Source: Marsupella aquatica (Eukaryota > Plantae > Marchantiophyta). From it: DNA of 64,000 nucleotides. The notes under the pieces were generated by a model that saw only the letters and a list, made by a program, of their open reading frames with translations, did not search any database and had not been told where the DNA came from. The position numbers and the translations under genes are program-made. This document shows positions 1 to 13,200 of the stretch, one piece after another. The stretch's first letter is position 1, and each line of letters begins with the position of its first letter. The stretch covers positions 19,270,754 through 19,334,753 of the forward strand of contig OZ316896.1 of NCBI GenBank assembly GCA_973895155.1, given 5' to 3'.

Positions 1-3000
1 CACAGACAGCATTGTCGCTCTGTCTCAGGTGTTTCGCAGGCTCGGCAAACCCATGAGCTAGGTGTGATATTTGCAGCCCTGACTCCATAGCACTCCTCGT
101 GTACAGCAACTTGGCACCTGAAGTTTAAGACCAACAACGTCTCTTCGATCCAATCAAAACTCATGAAGACAAACAACTGAGTCTTTAGATGGACTAGACG
201 TAGAGCAGACTGCATACACATGGTATATTCTATTGCCTACCGTAGGGGCTACCTCCATCAGCCCCGCATCTAATTCATGCATCAAATCAGGCACTGAGCG
301 TCACCCTTAGACCCAACACATGGGAAATGATCCAACAGCGTCTTCACTCTTGACACCTATGCTCCATACAAACCATGGTGGAGGCACCAAACGGAGCCAA
401 CGCTCCATCATAGAGCAAAATTCGGCAATAGCAATTGAAAGTTGAGAGACTTTTCCCGTGTAGCGTTAGTATTGTACCTGATGCAAATTATCATCTTATT
501 ATAGTCGTAATCCTCAACCCATCGACAGATCCCGCATCTCTCGGAAGTCCAAGTTGTAACGACAGGTTCATAGGGAACTGTACACGAAGGGTACTGTGAG
601 CAATTGCACGAGAAATGGCATTCTGTTGACACTCAGACACAAGAATTCTACGATCAGCACCACGTCGCAGATGATTGAACTGTGAATAATACCTTCCAAG
701 CACGCTGCGAGTTCTTCGTGGCGCAGCTTTGGAGGGACCCAGACCTCAGGTCCATTGTAAGCAAGGGCCAAAGCACCACCATTCCGCATAAATTGAAGCT
801 GCAACTAACATTCGATGAATCAGGATTCTCAATTTAGACATGTAGATTCGTGCGTTTGTTCCACTGTCAATAAAACCAATCCGCACTCCCTCTTGTGTTC
901 TTTAGACAATATGAAGAGACCTTCAAGAGACCTTTCAGAAGCCATAAAGTACCAGACTGTTGCTAAAGAAAGGAACAAACCCAAGAAAGGAGAGTCCTCT
1001 GCATATGCGTCACTTTTATACTCTCTTTCCACTTCTTTTTCCGACAGCCGGTATGCTTCTCCCATTCTGACGGTCTCATCGGCTTTTTCTTTTCCCCGCA
1101 CGCCTCACATTTGCAAACAATCCTGCCATCAGATTCTCCAAGGACGTGAGGACGTGAACTAGCTTAATCTCTATACACAACAACTTCTCGCAATGTCGGG
1201 CAAGCTCACGCGCGAACATTATACAACGACTTATAATAGGAAATTTCACAGTTTCTTCCAACATTTCCTGGACACTAACCCACCGACTCTCACGTTGAAA
1301 TGAAGAACGTCTCAGAACATCGAATATTCCCAATGAAGTATTAAGAGCTACACGATACAGAAAAAATTAAAATTGAGTATAAGCAAGACAGAATACTGAC
1401 TCATGAATTTTGGGATGATAGTTTCCGAGCATGCCGGAGCAGATAACTTCAAGCGAATCAGGAATAGCAAATTGAGTAACTTGAACAGGAGTTCTGCAAG
1501 TTTTCATATAAACAGATCACAACTGTCAGGAAATGAACAAATACTACATAACAAGCATAATCATTTCAAGCCACGCAGTAGCCCACATGTACGCCACATA
1601 ATTGGCTTCCCTCTAGACGCTGAAAAACATTCACGGAACCCGATCCATTCCAACAGTACAAATACATGTATCACCGTACGGTTAGTCTACAAGAGACTTC
1701 AGGTGCTACTAAGCTTTATTCTCGGTGAATAAGGAGACCCCTCTCTGATACTGCTTGAACGGACAACTCGAGAATGCAAGTCTTTGTTCGGGAATTCGAG
1801 GAGTCCAATATCAACACGTAAGTGATCTTAACTCTCTCAGATGTAATAAAGCTTAGGAAGATTATGCAGTTAATCGCCATGGTCCTATTAAATTCAGCGA
1901 TTCAGGCTCTTAAACATTCACGCCTTCAAAGTTCTTAGAGACTCTGATCTCTTTGAAATCTCGATGTACAAACCTCTCCTTCGGTTTAGGCACCTCCAAC
2001 TCAGTAAGCTTTCTGCACTCAGGACAGCTGTATTCCCCCCCTTTTTCCAATTCCTGCTCCCAGAATGTATGAACAATGTCAGCATATTCAGAATGAAAGC
2101 TCTCCGCGGGAAATAAAACAGCAAACTAGCGCGCGACTTAATACCAGCTATCCCGTCATGCTTTCGACTCAAATTTTCAGATCGACAGTGTGCATCAGAG
2201 CATCCTAGAATTAAAACGTCTTTAGCTTCAGTATAGAGAAAGAATATAGAGGAATGACAGTAGACACTGCAATCGCGGGGAGGACTGTTGTTCGCTACCT
2301 TGAGATTCTTCTGGGTGATTTTATCACAGTCTGCATGTACCCATATGTTACAATTATCGCAGGCCACCTGTACCACAACCTCAGATCAGTCTCGCCGTTA
2401 CCACATTAGCCTAAGGCAACATTTGGCTGAGACTAGTTAATGTAGAAATAGCAGCTCGTTTCATTGTAGATTGTCAAAAGTCTCCAACATCCAGAAATGA
2501 ACAAGTTTCTAGTTAATATCACTAGCGCGTCAGGGCAGTGAACGTACCCAATTCCCTTTTTCGTTGGGAAGCCAAACTTTCTTGCAAACACCGCAATATT
2601 GTCTTGATTTATAAAGCTGGTAGTAAGCACGGCAGAAACGTGTGAGGTTTAGAAATAAGACTGAAGATGTGACATGCTTCAAGTGAAGGAAATCAATTTA
2701 AAATCATTCACCAACCTTAACGCAATGTCGGCACAAAGTGCCATCTTCAGAAGCACCAGTCTTCGGCTTCTTTGCTGGCAGCTTTCCGCCACAGCCAAGA
2801 CATGTCTTGCCCACCTTGCTCGCAGGCACGACCACCTACAGGACGCACAAAATTAAACTGCGTAAAGAGCTAGCAAAGTAAGGTCAGATTAGTTCACGAC
2901 GTCTAGAGGCCACCACAGGACAGTCGCTCCGGAGCTTCTGCCCCCCGAGAGTTAAGAAGGATACGTACTGATAAAGCTTCCCGATTGAACCATAGCAAAA

Positions 3001-6000
3001 CCATCAAACCAAGTCACTATTCAAAAGAGCCTTTGAATACTCCTTCGTAGCAGCGTCCCGTTTCGTTGGTATTTTTCTAAAGTAATCCTTTCCAAATGTC
3101 GAACTGGAATGCCGTAGGATACGGCAGCCGTTTCCTCTGCTGAAAGCGGATTACGTAGACTTGAACTAGGCTCATATCCTACATCTTTTTCGATTACGGA
3201 ATTGCTTTGGGCAGTTCTAAAACGGTGAACGCTAATGACACCAAGATATAAATACAAAAGTGATTGATAACTCAAACCAGTTTGACTGGAAAATATTCAA
3301 AGGGGTAACACGTCTATTCCGAAGTCATCTACGTCGTGTGACCTGAGTGAATGCAACGTTGACTTTTGTAACCCCCATTTTATCCACTCACCTCGTTTTC
3401 AGAACTACCAGTCAACACCTCAGGATTGTTTCCAACGTCTTCCTCGCCATCATTGCTGCCGGTTAAGTCAGTACTTTGGGGCTTTGGCTCCCAGGCTGAG
3501 AGGTGCTGCTTTCCAATCAGTCCCTGGCAGTCTTCAAACCCACAATCAGCCAGTGACGCTTCCTCACATGCGCGCCTGAAATCGATAGGCCTACTTTTAT
3601 TGAAGTTCGTCTGCGTGGTAAACCTGAAACAGAAACGCCGGCAATGCTGTCAATTGCTACTTTCGAGTTACTTTGAATCAAGATTTCCATACCCTGTCTT
3701 ACATGTTTACTGAAGGCTCTGATTCTGATTCTGAAAAGTAGAAGGTTTCAAGAACATCACTGGTCATAAATTTATAGCCTACCCTGTTCCCATGGCAACA
3801 TCGCCCGATCCCCCTCAGCTTACAGCTTAAATCAGTTCTCTTGAGTAAATGTCTAAGGTCCAGAGTCTACCCGATGGCATCACCACACTCACCTTGGTCG
3901 CGACTTTATCGAAAGTGACAATTGTTCATTGATAACAGGTGCAAAAAATTGATGAAAACGGCTGTGATTTCTAGATAATCGACGTAAAACATATGCAAGT
4001 AGCTATAGAACTAAGCTCTCCTGGTTACGTACTTGGCCATATATTCGACGTATGGAAATATCATCCCTTGTTTCACCCACGCATAATCCTGTTCAAAATC
4101 ACCCGTGACATACACGTCAAAACAGGCAGCCTGTTATGCCTTTTATCACTCCATATGTGATTCTGCGAGAAAGATTATCGTAATTTGCGTTAAAATTTCA
4201 CGAGCTTTACAAAATGGCGACAAGTGCAAAGCATGTACCCTCTCTCGTCCCTTGGCCAGGGAAGGTCCAAAGAACATCACGCACAGTCGACCCGGTACAC
4301 AGAGAGCTCGAACTGCCTCTGGGGCTTCTTTGATGGGATCAACAACCTTTGCTGGCCACACAGGGTCATTTCGCTTCCCTGACTTTGCCCACACAATGTC
4401 TCCCAAATCGAACTCTTCTAACGGATGTAGTCCTCCTGACGACGAATTCGCAGTCAGAATGCCTTTGACCTCACCTGCAGGAGGCGACTCCAGCTCAGAC
4501 AGCCCTTGCACTTGCTGCAGATCTGTAGAAGACTGTATCTGCTTTGGAAAGGCTTCCAAGAACGACATTCCTCCCTTCACATCTTCTGAAGAATAACCCT
4601 GAGAGAATTGACGTTTATGCTTTCCAGCTGGAGCTTTCGTGCTTCCAGAGTGGACAGCCATAGCAGGAACTTTTTGCTGCCCCGTAGGTTTGGGCTGCTT
4701 AGTCTTCGAAGCAGTTACTTCTGCAGGATCTACCTTAGCTCCAGGCTCATGATTTTCAGAAGGCTTTTTCTCCCCCTTCGTGCCCTTCTTCACTTTTTCA
4801 ACAACAGAGTCACGAAGCCAGCCAGGAAGAGCCTGGGCTCTTCCACGCTTGGACCGTATGAGGGGACCAAGCTCCTTCGGCTCTTCCTGAGCAGGAGATT
4901 CTTCCGCAGATGTAGGTGCTGACGAATGCGAGAAAACCACATCCATTTGATCACGCTCAAAAGAATTAATTTTGTCCATGTTGCAAGCCGAAGACCCCTC
5001 AGTGGCTCCGGATCCTTCCCCACTACCTCCATCGGCAGTCCTTTTGAATTTGCTTCTAGCACGCCTCAGAACCTTTTTCTGGCAGAAGGATAATCCTCCA
5101 CCCACGCTAGGGATCTCACTGTCAAGTAAAGTCTGTCCTTCCGCCCTATTAGACCCTATTAGCCTCGAGCCAACTATTCCGTTTGCCATGGGCTTCACAT
5201 CAATCTCGACATTCTCATCAATAAACGATGTACCATGGGCCGCTTGCAACGCATCCACAAGCACATCGAGGGACGGATACACCTTCTTGTGCTTGTGACT
5301 GACACTCTCGGAGGCGGTAATTACTCTCTTGCAAGGTAGGAGGAGCCCGTTAGCTCTGGAGTCCTTAAAACTACCTATTATTCCATTCTTCTCTCGAGAG
5401 TGCTCAGCCAGAGATTTCTGTTCTTCCTTGAGACTCAATTTCGTAGCCTTGCTACTAGACTGACCCGGAGATGAGTCTGCAACCAGCAATGTAATATCCG
5501 CGGATCCTCTCGGGCCAGCATCATCCGATTTATTCAACGCACCAGTTGATGTTGCGGAAACCAGACAGGAAGACAATTCCTGTTTGACTCCTCTCAGTTC
5601 CTGAGGGTCCAAAGTGTCGCACTTCTCTGGGGTAGTTGGCGCAGATTCTTTCTCTGGACCTTGCAGCAAATTACTCTTTTCCGTATTGCTACAATCTCTG
5701 CATGAGTGACTCTCCGGGCATTTCGCATTGCCTTGGTGCGAGTTTGTGCTGTGAGCGAAATTCTGACTGATGGCGGCCACTACAAAGTTCAAATTTCCAG
5801 TGTCCTCCGTATCCAAATTCCCGACTTCCCTAGAGGAAAGTGACAGGGTAGCACCGCACGAACTTTCAGCACAATTTGCAGGATGAGCCGCTGAAGTATC
5901 ATCTTGATAGGGGCTAATGACGACTTTCCGATCCAACAATTTCTCCTCTGATTGAAAATGCAGCGGGGCGGACGCTCTTGCTCTCGCGCCCTGGTTTTGG

Positions 6001-7373
6001 ACATCGTCGTTTCCATCGATTACTTTACCCGCATAAGAGTCAACCGTGCCAGCGGAACAATTCTCAGAGAGTAGTACCTGGTTGGAATTCGGAGTGTCAG
6101 CTGATGAGTCAAATTTCCCTGTACCAACGTGGCCAGAAGAGTCACACTTGCCAGAACAACCATTCTCACAGACTAAGGCCTGGCTAGCCTTCAGATTGTC
6201 AGCTGCGTCCAAATTTCCTTCGTCAAAGTTGCCTTGGTCCGCTATACAATCCTCTGGTTTTGCCTTCAAGCCTGCCGACCTTAAATTCAACGTTTGTTCA
6301 TTCTCAGCAGTAGATTGCTTGCCACTGTCCAGATAATCAGTGGTAACGCCAGAATTCGTGTCCTCCGTGCGTCCAACGTCAACCCGTTTCAGCTCTTCGA
6401 CTTTCACCATGTTAACTTCGGATGCATACTTCAGCGGCCTAACCAAATTGATTTGTTTACCATAATCCATTCCGGACCATATCGCTACCCCAGGGTCGCT
6501 TGATCGCTCCAAGACATGAGCCTGGGCTTCAGCAATCCCTGTTGCCTGCCCTCTGACTTCCTCCAGTGATTTCGCCTTAACTGGTTTCCCCTTCAAGCCT
6601 TCCGACCTAAAATTCCACGTTTGTTCATTCTCAGCAGGAGGTTGCTTGCCACTGTTCACATAATCAGTGGCAACGCCAGGATTCGTTTCCTCTATGGGTC
6701 CAACGTCAACCCGTTTCATCTCTTCGGCTTTCACCATGTTGACTTCGGATGCATTCTTCAGCAGTCTAACCAAATTGACTTGTTTACCATAATCCATTTC
6801 GGACCATATCGGTACACCAGGGTCGCTTGAAAGCTCCGAGACATGAGCCTGCGCTGCAGCAACCCCTGTTGTCTGCCTTCTGGATTCCTCCAGTGATTTC
6901 GCCCTAACTGGTCCAACATCAACATTATGGACGTCCACGCGCAATTCAGACCCATTACGCTGCTTCTCGAATCCTGTTGATACATTGTTGGAAGACTGCA
7001 CGTCCGAGGACCATAAAACTTCTCTGTTTTGAATGGTCTCGGAGTAGACTCTGGCACTGCCTTCGCTTCTTCGACCATTACTTACAGAACCTTCCAACTT
7101 ATACATTTGAATTCCAGCTCTACCAGCAGACATTCCCAAAGAAACATCGATTTTCTGGTCTCTCGAACTCGACGAGCTGCTGCTGACACGAGGTTTCTTT
7201 AGTCGCGAGCTATCATTTCGTTTCTCCAACAGCAACGCCTTTCTTTTGCTCCGATTCTCAGCTGGAGTAGACATACCCGGTACCCTGGACTGCTGAGATG
7301 GAGCCATGTAAGTATAAGGCAGAGGCTGAGAATTGTCAGGAGCTCGAAATCCCGGACCTCCTACTGCTGCCAT
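1..7373 (-). CDS. Trithorax-group histone H3K4 methyltransferase, ATX3/4/5 (SDG14/16/29) type; 5' part of a multi-exon gene, SET domain expected beyond the left edge
   Basis: Large first coding exon 7373-4239 ends in a PWWP domain (GDIVWAKSGKRNDPVWPAKVVDP...VMFFG). GT-AG exons follow: 4088-4033 (DYAWVKQGMIFPY), 3623-~3392, 2835-2716, 2616-2548 (QYCGVCKKVW), 2367-2299 (VACDNCNIWVHADCD, PHD), ~2054-1977 (YSCPECR), ~1490-1402 (VICSGMLGNYHP), ~1122-982 (VCKCEACG..PSEWEKHTG..KWKESIKV), ~785-695, ~592-479 (WTSERCGICRWVEDYDYNKMIIC) and ~117-1 (CQVAVHEECYG..WVCRAC..CCLC). This domain order matches plant ATX3-5. Confidence 0.92.
6254..6911 (-). repeat. In-frame 327-bp (109-aa) tandem duplication within the first coding exon of the ATX-like gene
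   Basis: Two copies offset by 327 nt: AKSLEESRRQTTG...SDPGVPIWSEMDYGKQVNLVRLLK...ENEQTWNFRSEGLKGKP and AKSLEEVRGQATG...SDPGVAIWSGMDYGKQINLVRPLK...ENEQTLNLRSAGLKAKP. Confidence 0.95.
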
Positions 7374-9300
7374 CTGAATTCAAAAGAGGCCCAGGTGATT
7401 GATTCCAGACGCATTCCTTGCGCTGGCGAAAGCTTCCGGGAATCAAACCTGTGACCGTGAAGACTGTGACGCATCTCAGCGCCCCCACGACATGAAATCG
7501 GAACAATTGAGCGAGTAAGGATCGTATGATCCGGTGTCAAGCTCATCTCCCACATTCAATTTGCACATTCCCAACGCTCAACCTCCCTCGCATAAGTTGT
7601 GCCAACCCAGGGAACTTCTCTGTCTCCCCAAAACCTTAGTCAATTATCACAAGGGTGCTCCTTGAACAACTACAAGGTGGATTTCATGAGCATTGTCCAG
7701 AATGATCCCTCACACGCACTGAAAGCAACGACATTACTGCAACCAGGTACTTCTTCGATGCACACCACGACTTCTGTGCCACAGAAAATCACGACCCAGT
7801 AATCAGATTCAGAAAAGCCAAATTGCAAGACATAGGCGACCGCAATTCATAACGGGTATAAGAGATCAAATCTAGCTCGCATAGCACTACGCGTCACGTA
7901 CAGTCCGACATATGTCGCATTCCCGTCCCCCTCTCTTCAGCTCTCGCACCAGCATTTCGCCTCATCTTGACAAACTTCAACACAAAGCTCAATTGACAAA
8001 CTTGTACACTAAGCTCCTCCTTCAAGCCCCGATAGTAAAAATCGACGCTTTAGAACAGAAGTGTAACTGCAAAACACTCTCAAGGAAACAGGAAGAGGTA
8101 AGAGAATGCGGTACTAGAGACAAGCAACACGTACATTGCTAGAACAGAAAACAGCGATAGCAACTTCGTTCGCTGCAGGAACAACGGATACAAGCAGAGC
8201 AAAGCACAGACACAGGCACAGAACTGCAGGAAAACCTTTCTCGATGCACTAGCTTCGCTGACGATTACTGGCAAAGCAAGAAAGAACCAAGACGAAGTAC
8301 GTGCGGCGCATCTGAAGGCAACAATCCGCAGATTGGCAGCAGCAGAACGAGCAGACGAGAGCGTGACACAAATAAGAGCAAGAAGCAGAGTAAGGAAAAC
8401 TAAATACAACACGACACGCCACACGCTAACAGGAGCCTAAACACCACGTAATGACTACGAATTCTCCACTCTGGCTACCTAACCTTGCGATTACGCCGCA
8501 AAATGACGATACAAACTTAGGACCATCGACTCAATAACCAAAACACACCAGTACTGTACTCCACAACCTCCATCATCCCTGGCACAAGACCGACAAGGGC
8601 ACGACTCCGCACCCCAGGAACCCTTCCCCCCAACGCGGTGACTAAAATGACAATCACAAAATCTCACACCATCCTAAACGAACAACAATCGACGGGCCAA
8701 GTCCCGAACTCCCTCTCGCTCGCCATCTCACCCACATCGACCCTACCTATTCCTCAATTCTCCACACAACGCCTCACCTCAGCCCTCCCCCGCATCAGCA
8801 CCACGCCAACATCGACCCGAACGAGGACACCAACAACGCAAGGGCGACGACGACACCAAACACCACCATCAAGCGACGACGAACGAAGACGCGAAATCCT
8901 CACAGCGCAACGGCGGAAAATTGATCGATCCACCACTGCCCGCCTCCGTTTCTCGCCCTTTTTCTGCTCCAGCTTCTTCCTCTCCTCCCGCTGCTCTCCA
9001 ATCACCCTTCGCGCGCCCCGCACTCCTCCTCTGCCATCTCCATTTTTCCTCTCTCCTCTCGTTCTCCCTCCCTCCCTCCCTCCCTCGACTCGGGCCTCGG
9101 CCTCGGCCTCCCTCCCGCACTTCGCTCTCGCTCTCTCTCTCTCTCTCTTCCTTCGGGTTCTCTTCTCACAAAACTCTCCTTTCCAAACTCTCCCTCTACG
9201 GTATCAGCTCTGTAATCACGGTCCAGCATGGAGTGCTCTCCCTTTGGTTCGGGGAGGGGGGAGACTGCGTTCGGCGAGCGCGGCGTACTCCGGCTGTCAG
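7374..9300 (-). promoter_or_regulatory. Probable 5' UTR intron and GA-rich leader exon/promoter of the ATX-like gene
   Basis: On the minus strand the ATG is directly preceded by an acceptor (TTTTGAATTCAG|ATG). A candidate donor GAG|GTGAGG lies near 8778. The region 8950-9200 is CpG-rich and (GA)n-rich. Confidence 0.55.
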
Positions 9301-9989
9301 TCAGTGCCGCATGCCGTTCCTAGGCTCCTCGGACCCAGACCTCGGCCCGAACCAGTCCGATGAGAGCGCGGGCAGGCACGGCAAGGGCAAGGGCAAGGGA
9401 ACGGAAGGAAGGGAGCACCACCGTGTCCCTCCTCCGCTTCTCCTTCCCCTCCTATCTCTTCAACGCGCGGGATGTTTCAGCAGGAAGCCTCGTTTTTTTA
9501 TCTACGGCCGAGATGCGCTCCATGCATCTGGGGGCGGGCGAGAGAGGGGTTTCTTAGCCCGATCTCGAGGGGGATTCCAGTACATCTGACGGCTGAGATG
9601 TGTTCCAAATGTCAAGGAAGCGGACGGGAGCAGTAAGGGCGTTCAATGTGTATAGTGGAAAGATTCCCTCCCAAGAGGGTATTGTCCGAGTGCTTTTCTG
9701 GGGACATTGCCCTGGGGAAAGGGGTTTAATTAAATCGCTAGTGTTCTCTAAGCAAAACCTTGCCAGTTCTGGTGCAGCCAGGTTACCAAAATTAGTCAAT
9801 AGATGCATTATTTTGTCCTCCCCTAACTGGTAGACAGTGGAGATCTAAGGTGCTCTAAGCCCAACTCCAACTCTTATCATTTTTGGGGAATGTTTGGTAG
9901 ATGAACTTGCCCACAGCCTTCAAACATCTGCCCGGAGCATTAGTACATACAACTGCACTGCAAAGTAGTGACGAAATGTGGGTCAATAT

Positions 9990-10290
9990 TAAAATTAACC
10001 AAATATGGATCTACAACTAAAATTAGAAACATTGATATGCTGCTAATACTAGCCCAACATGGGTTTCTGAGTATGCCTTTCATTCTAAAAATTAGTTGAG
10101 CATGGGTCCACTACTAAAATAAGTTTAGCAGAGGTCTTTTGCTAGAATCAGCTGAACATGGGTTTGCTAAAATGAGTTTATGAGTTGTTTAGAAAACCAA
10201 GCATGGCTATTTGGCTAGAATTAGCCCATCATGAATTGTGTGCTAAACTTAGTTCGAAATGGGCCTGACTCTAAAATTAGCACTAGCATC
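9990..10290. repeat. Degenerate tandem repeat (~45-bp unit)
   Basis: Recurring AAAATTAG...CATGGGT..CTAAAA-like motifs at roughly regular spacing. Confidence 0.4.
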
Positions 10291-13200
10291 AACATTCAAG
10301 CATACAATTTATGAAGTCAAAAAGTTTCATTATGGGTCCTAGCCAATCCCTTTCCATATCAGATAGCACTGCAAATAGAACAAAGGCAGTAGGAATTGAC
10401 AGGGAAATTGAGTCTCATTTGCAGGTATACCAGCATCTTCAACCCTGCTACTCAAAAGCGCCAATGATGTAACAGGTCCCAAAATTTACTTGAAAATCGA
10501 ATCCCACTATTTTCTTTGCATCCCAAAGACATTTTATCTAGAAATAAGAAAACTAAACATAGGAGCATGTTAAAACACATGAGACATGGAGTAACAATCA
10601 AAATGCCTGCAGAGAAACTGTCATAAACTTACTAGAGTGCCCCTAGAAGATGTGAAGGCACGCAAGTACCCTCTAATTAAACTAATGAATATTATACCTT
10701 TTCATGTATACAGGGTTAGAACTGGCGGAAACTTAACATCTGTCCTCATTCCCATTCCCCCACACACCCGTGCCATATGGTTACTATAACTCATGTATAG
10801 AAATAAGGGCACTTTAGTCATTTGAGTTTGGAATGAGAGTACACAAGTGGTATCTCACTTTTCAGAAACAAGTTTGTAATAAATGCTTCAAAGTTGATCA
10901 AGGTTGCCAACTGAAGGATAACTCACCCCTATTTGGTTTGGCAAAGACAGACAAGAATATCATGGATACAATTTTGGAAGGGGCAGTAATGGAAAAGAGC
11001 TGTCTTCAGGTTTGAATAGCTAACTACACCATTAACGAGGGAGAAAAAATTGGAAAGTGGGAACGGGAATACAAAGAGCGAGTGAGAGCTCTACACACAC
11101 TTTATTTCCTATGTTTCGTCCATCCGCAAGGAGGAACTAATGGCTGTCTGGGAAACAGAAGGGGAATCTTTGTTTGAGTTGCAAACCCACCAGTGCTTGC
11201 TTGGAAACAATCCTTAGAATAGCATACAAAAGCCAGTGGCGAGTACTAGGGTGATAACGTACGAGGGAACCTTTCCCAGCCATCAGTAAAACTATACTTA
11301 ACACTTAATTTCCTTGCCAATACTACAACTATACTCAATACATAGTACTGAGTACCAGTCGACCATTTTTGGTTTTGTGGGGGGTTTTTAAATGCTATTG
11401 TGGTCTACTGTGTCTGAATGCACTGTATGTAACTACCAAATGCGGTTAAGTGCAAGTAATAATTTTCTTCCCAAATCTTTTGGACGTTATTTGCATTTTG
11501 CTTGCAGAATGTCTAAGTGCAAGTTTCTATAGATGACAAATATGTAAATGCAAATAGTCCGTACATGTACAAATGCTTTACCATCTGCACAACAAGTATG
11601 ATTTACTTTGAAGCATAAGACTTGTGTACAGACTACAGAGAGTACTATCTTGCACTAATTCATAAATGATGTAACTTTATGGAGCTTTCCAGCATACCAG
11701 TTTTCACGCCATTCTTGGAAACTTTATGAGAGCCAAAAGCAAGACAGGTTTCAAGACATCACCACTACTTTTTCCCTGTCCTGGTGACTGTAAAGCCAGC
11801 AAAGTCCATCCAAATTGCATGGTTCACAGGCAATGTCTATCAGGCTTCAGTTTCTCATGGTTCACATTAGGATAGATTCCTAATAGTCTAAATCTAGTTT
11901 ACAGGTGGGGAATTAGGATGCAAGGGTAGCAACATCTACCGCTCTCTTCACTGATTTTCAAAGATGGACCAGGGTCACTTTTGAGGCTTTGAATTCGCTG
12001 CTAAAAGCTGGACATAAACATAATTCATAGGAAAATGCGAGAGGTGCAAATCCTTTGACATGCTCAGATCCTGCCCTTAGTTTTGGATTGCTGCGGTTCA
12101 TTCTGAGCATTGAAACAGGGCGATTAAATGCAAGCTGAACAATTTGTCGATGACCTAGAAGCTGTGTTAAATGCCATTTGAGACATTGCAACCCTAGGCT
12201 ATCAAGGAGCCATTTGCGGGATGTTCCATATGTCTCTGGCTTCCCATTTTATACAAGGATGTTAAATACACGGCATGATTTACCAGATACACTCCAAAAC
12301 AATGCCGTATGCAACAGGTTTGTAAGCTTTCTGACACATCAACAAGTTGGAGTGGGTTTGACCGCTTTGGATGAATATTGTGCTTTAAAATTTGACACAT
12401 CATGATATAGTTGGCCCTTTCTAACACATACTATTTTGACACATTCATAATAAAATCTATTCTATCTTATGTAATGTATTATTTATTTATATATTCTATA
12501 AAAGCACAAGTTATCATCTCATATTCAAAAGTACTAGCCCCGATTACCCCTTTCTTGAACATGAATAGCAGTGGGGAGAACAATAAAAATGTCACCAAAA
12601 TATATTTATTATTCACATTATTTGAAGGTTAATGAAATGATAAAAAAACATCATACATGTAATTATTTTAATAATCATATATAACATACCATTTTCTTTT
12701 CTATGCACATCCCTCTTTCTATGCACATATGTTATGGTGACCATAAAGCCCATTTTCTAATGTAAATAAAGATGAAAACAAGAAATATACATGTTTATCA
12801 TTTGACATACATCATGGTCATGAATTTTCCCATCCACATGATGAGCTATGGAGTTACTGTCTAGAGGCTTCACTCTAGAAGCCAAGGTCTCAACTCTAGC
12901 TTGTAGTTTGCGCTTTATAATTAAAATTGAGAGAATATTATATAAAGGTAATGGAAAAAATACATGCCTTTAAAGTGAAGAAAATTACAAACTTCCTGGG
13001 TGAGACAATTGCATTATTCAGAATATACAAGTCAATTTACATTTACAAGTATAGTTCTCTCTGATTGAAAGAGAAGTACTATTTAATTCTAGGTTCTATT
13101 TTGAGGAGCTCTCTAGTTAGGTGACACCAATGAATCTATAAACCATAAGCATTGTAAAGTTCTTAACCAATGCATGTATAACCTACACAGGATAGTTTGT

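Noticed and set aside
4146-4238. C-terminal tail of the 1075-aa ORF (VHALHLSPF...)
   Set aside because: It is intron read-through. A GT donor at 4238 splices to the conserved DYAWVK exon.
8638-9589. Overlapping 241-aa and 222-aa plus-strand ORFs
   Set aside because: They are low-complexity translations of a CT-rich, GC-rich leader/promoter with few stops and no domain.
11339-11431. Weak TA-flanked inverted repeat, possible small MITE
   Set aside because: The arms are too diverged to call with confidence.
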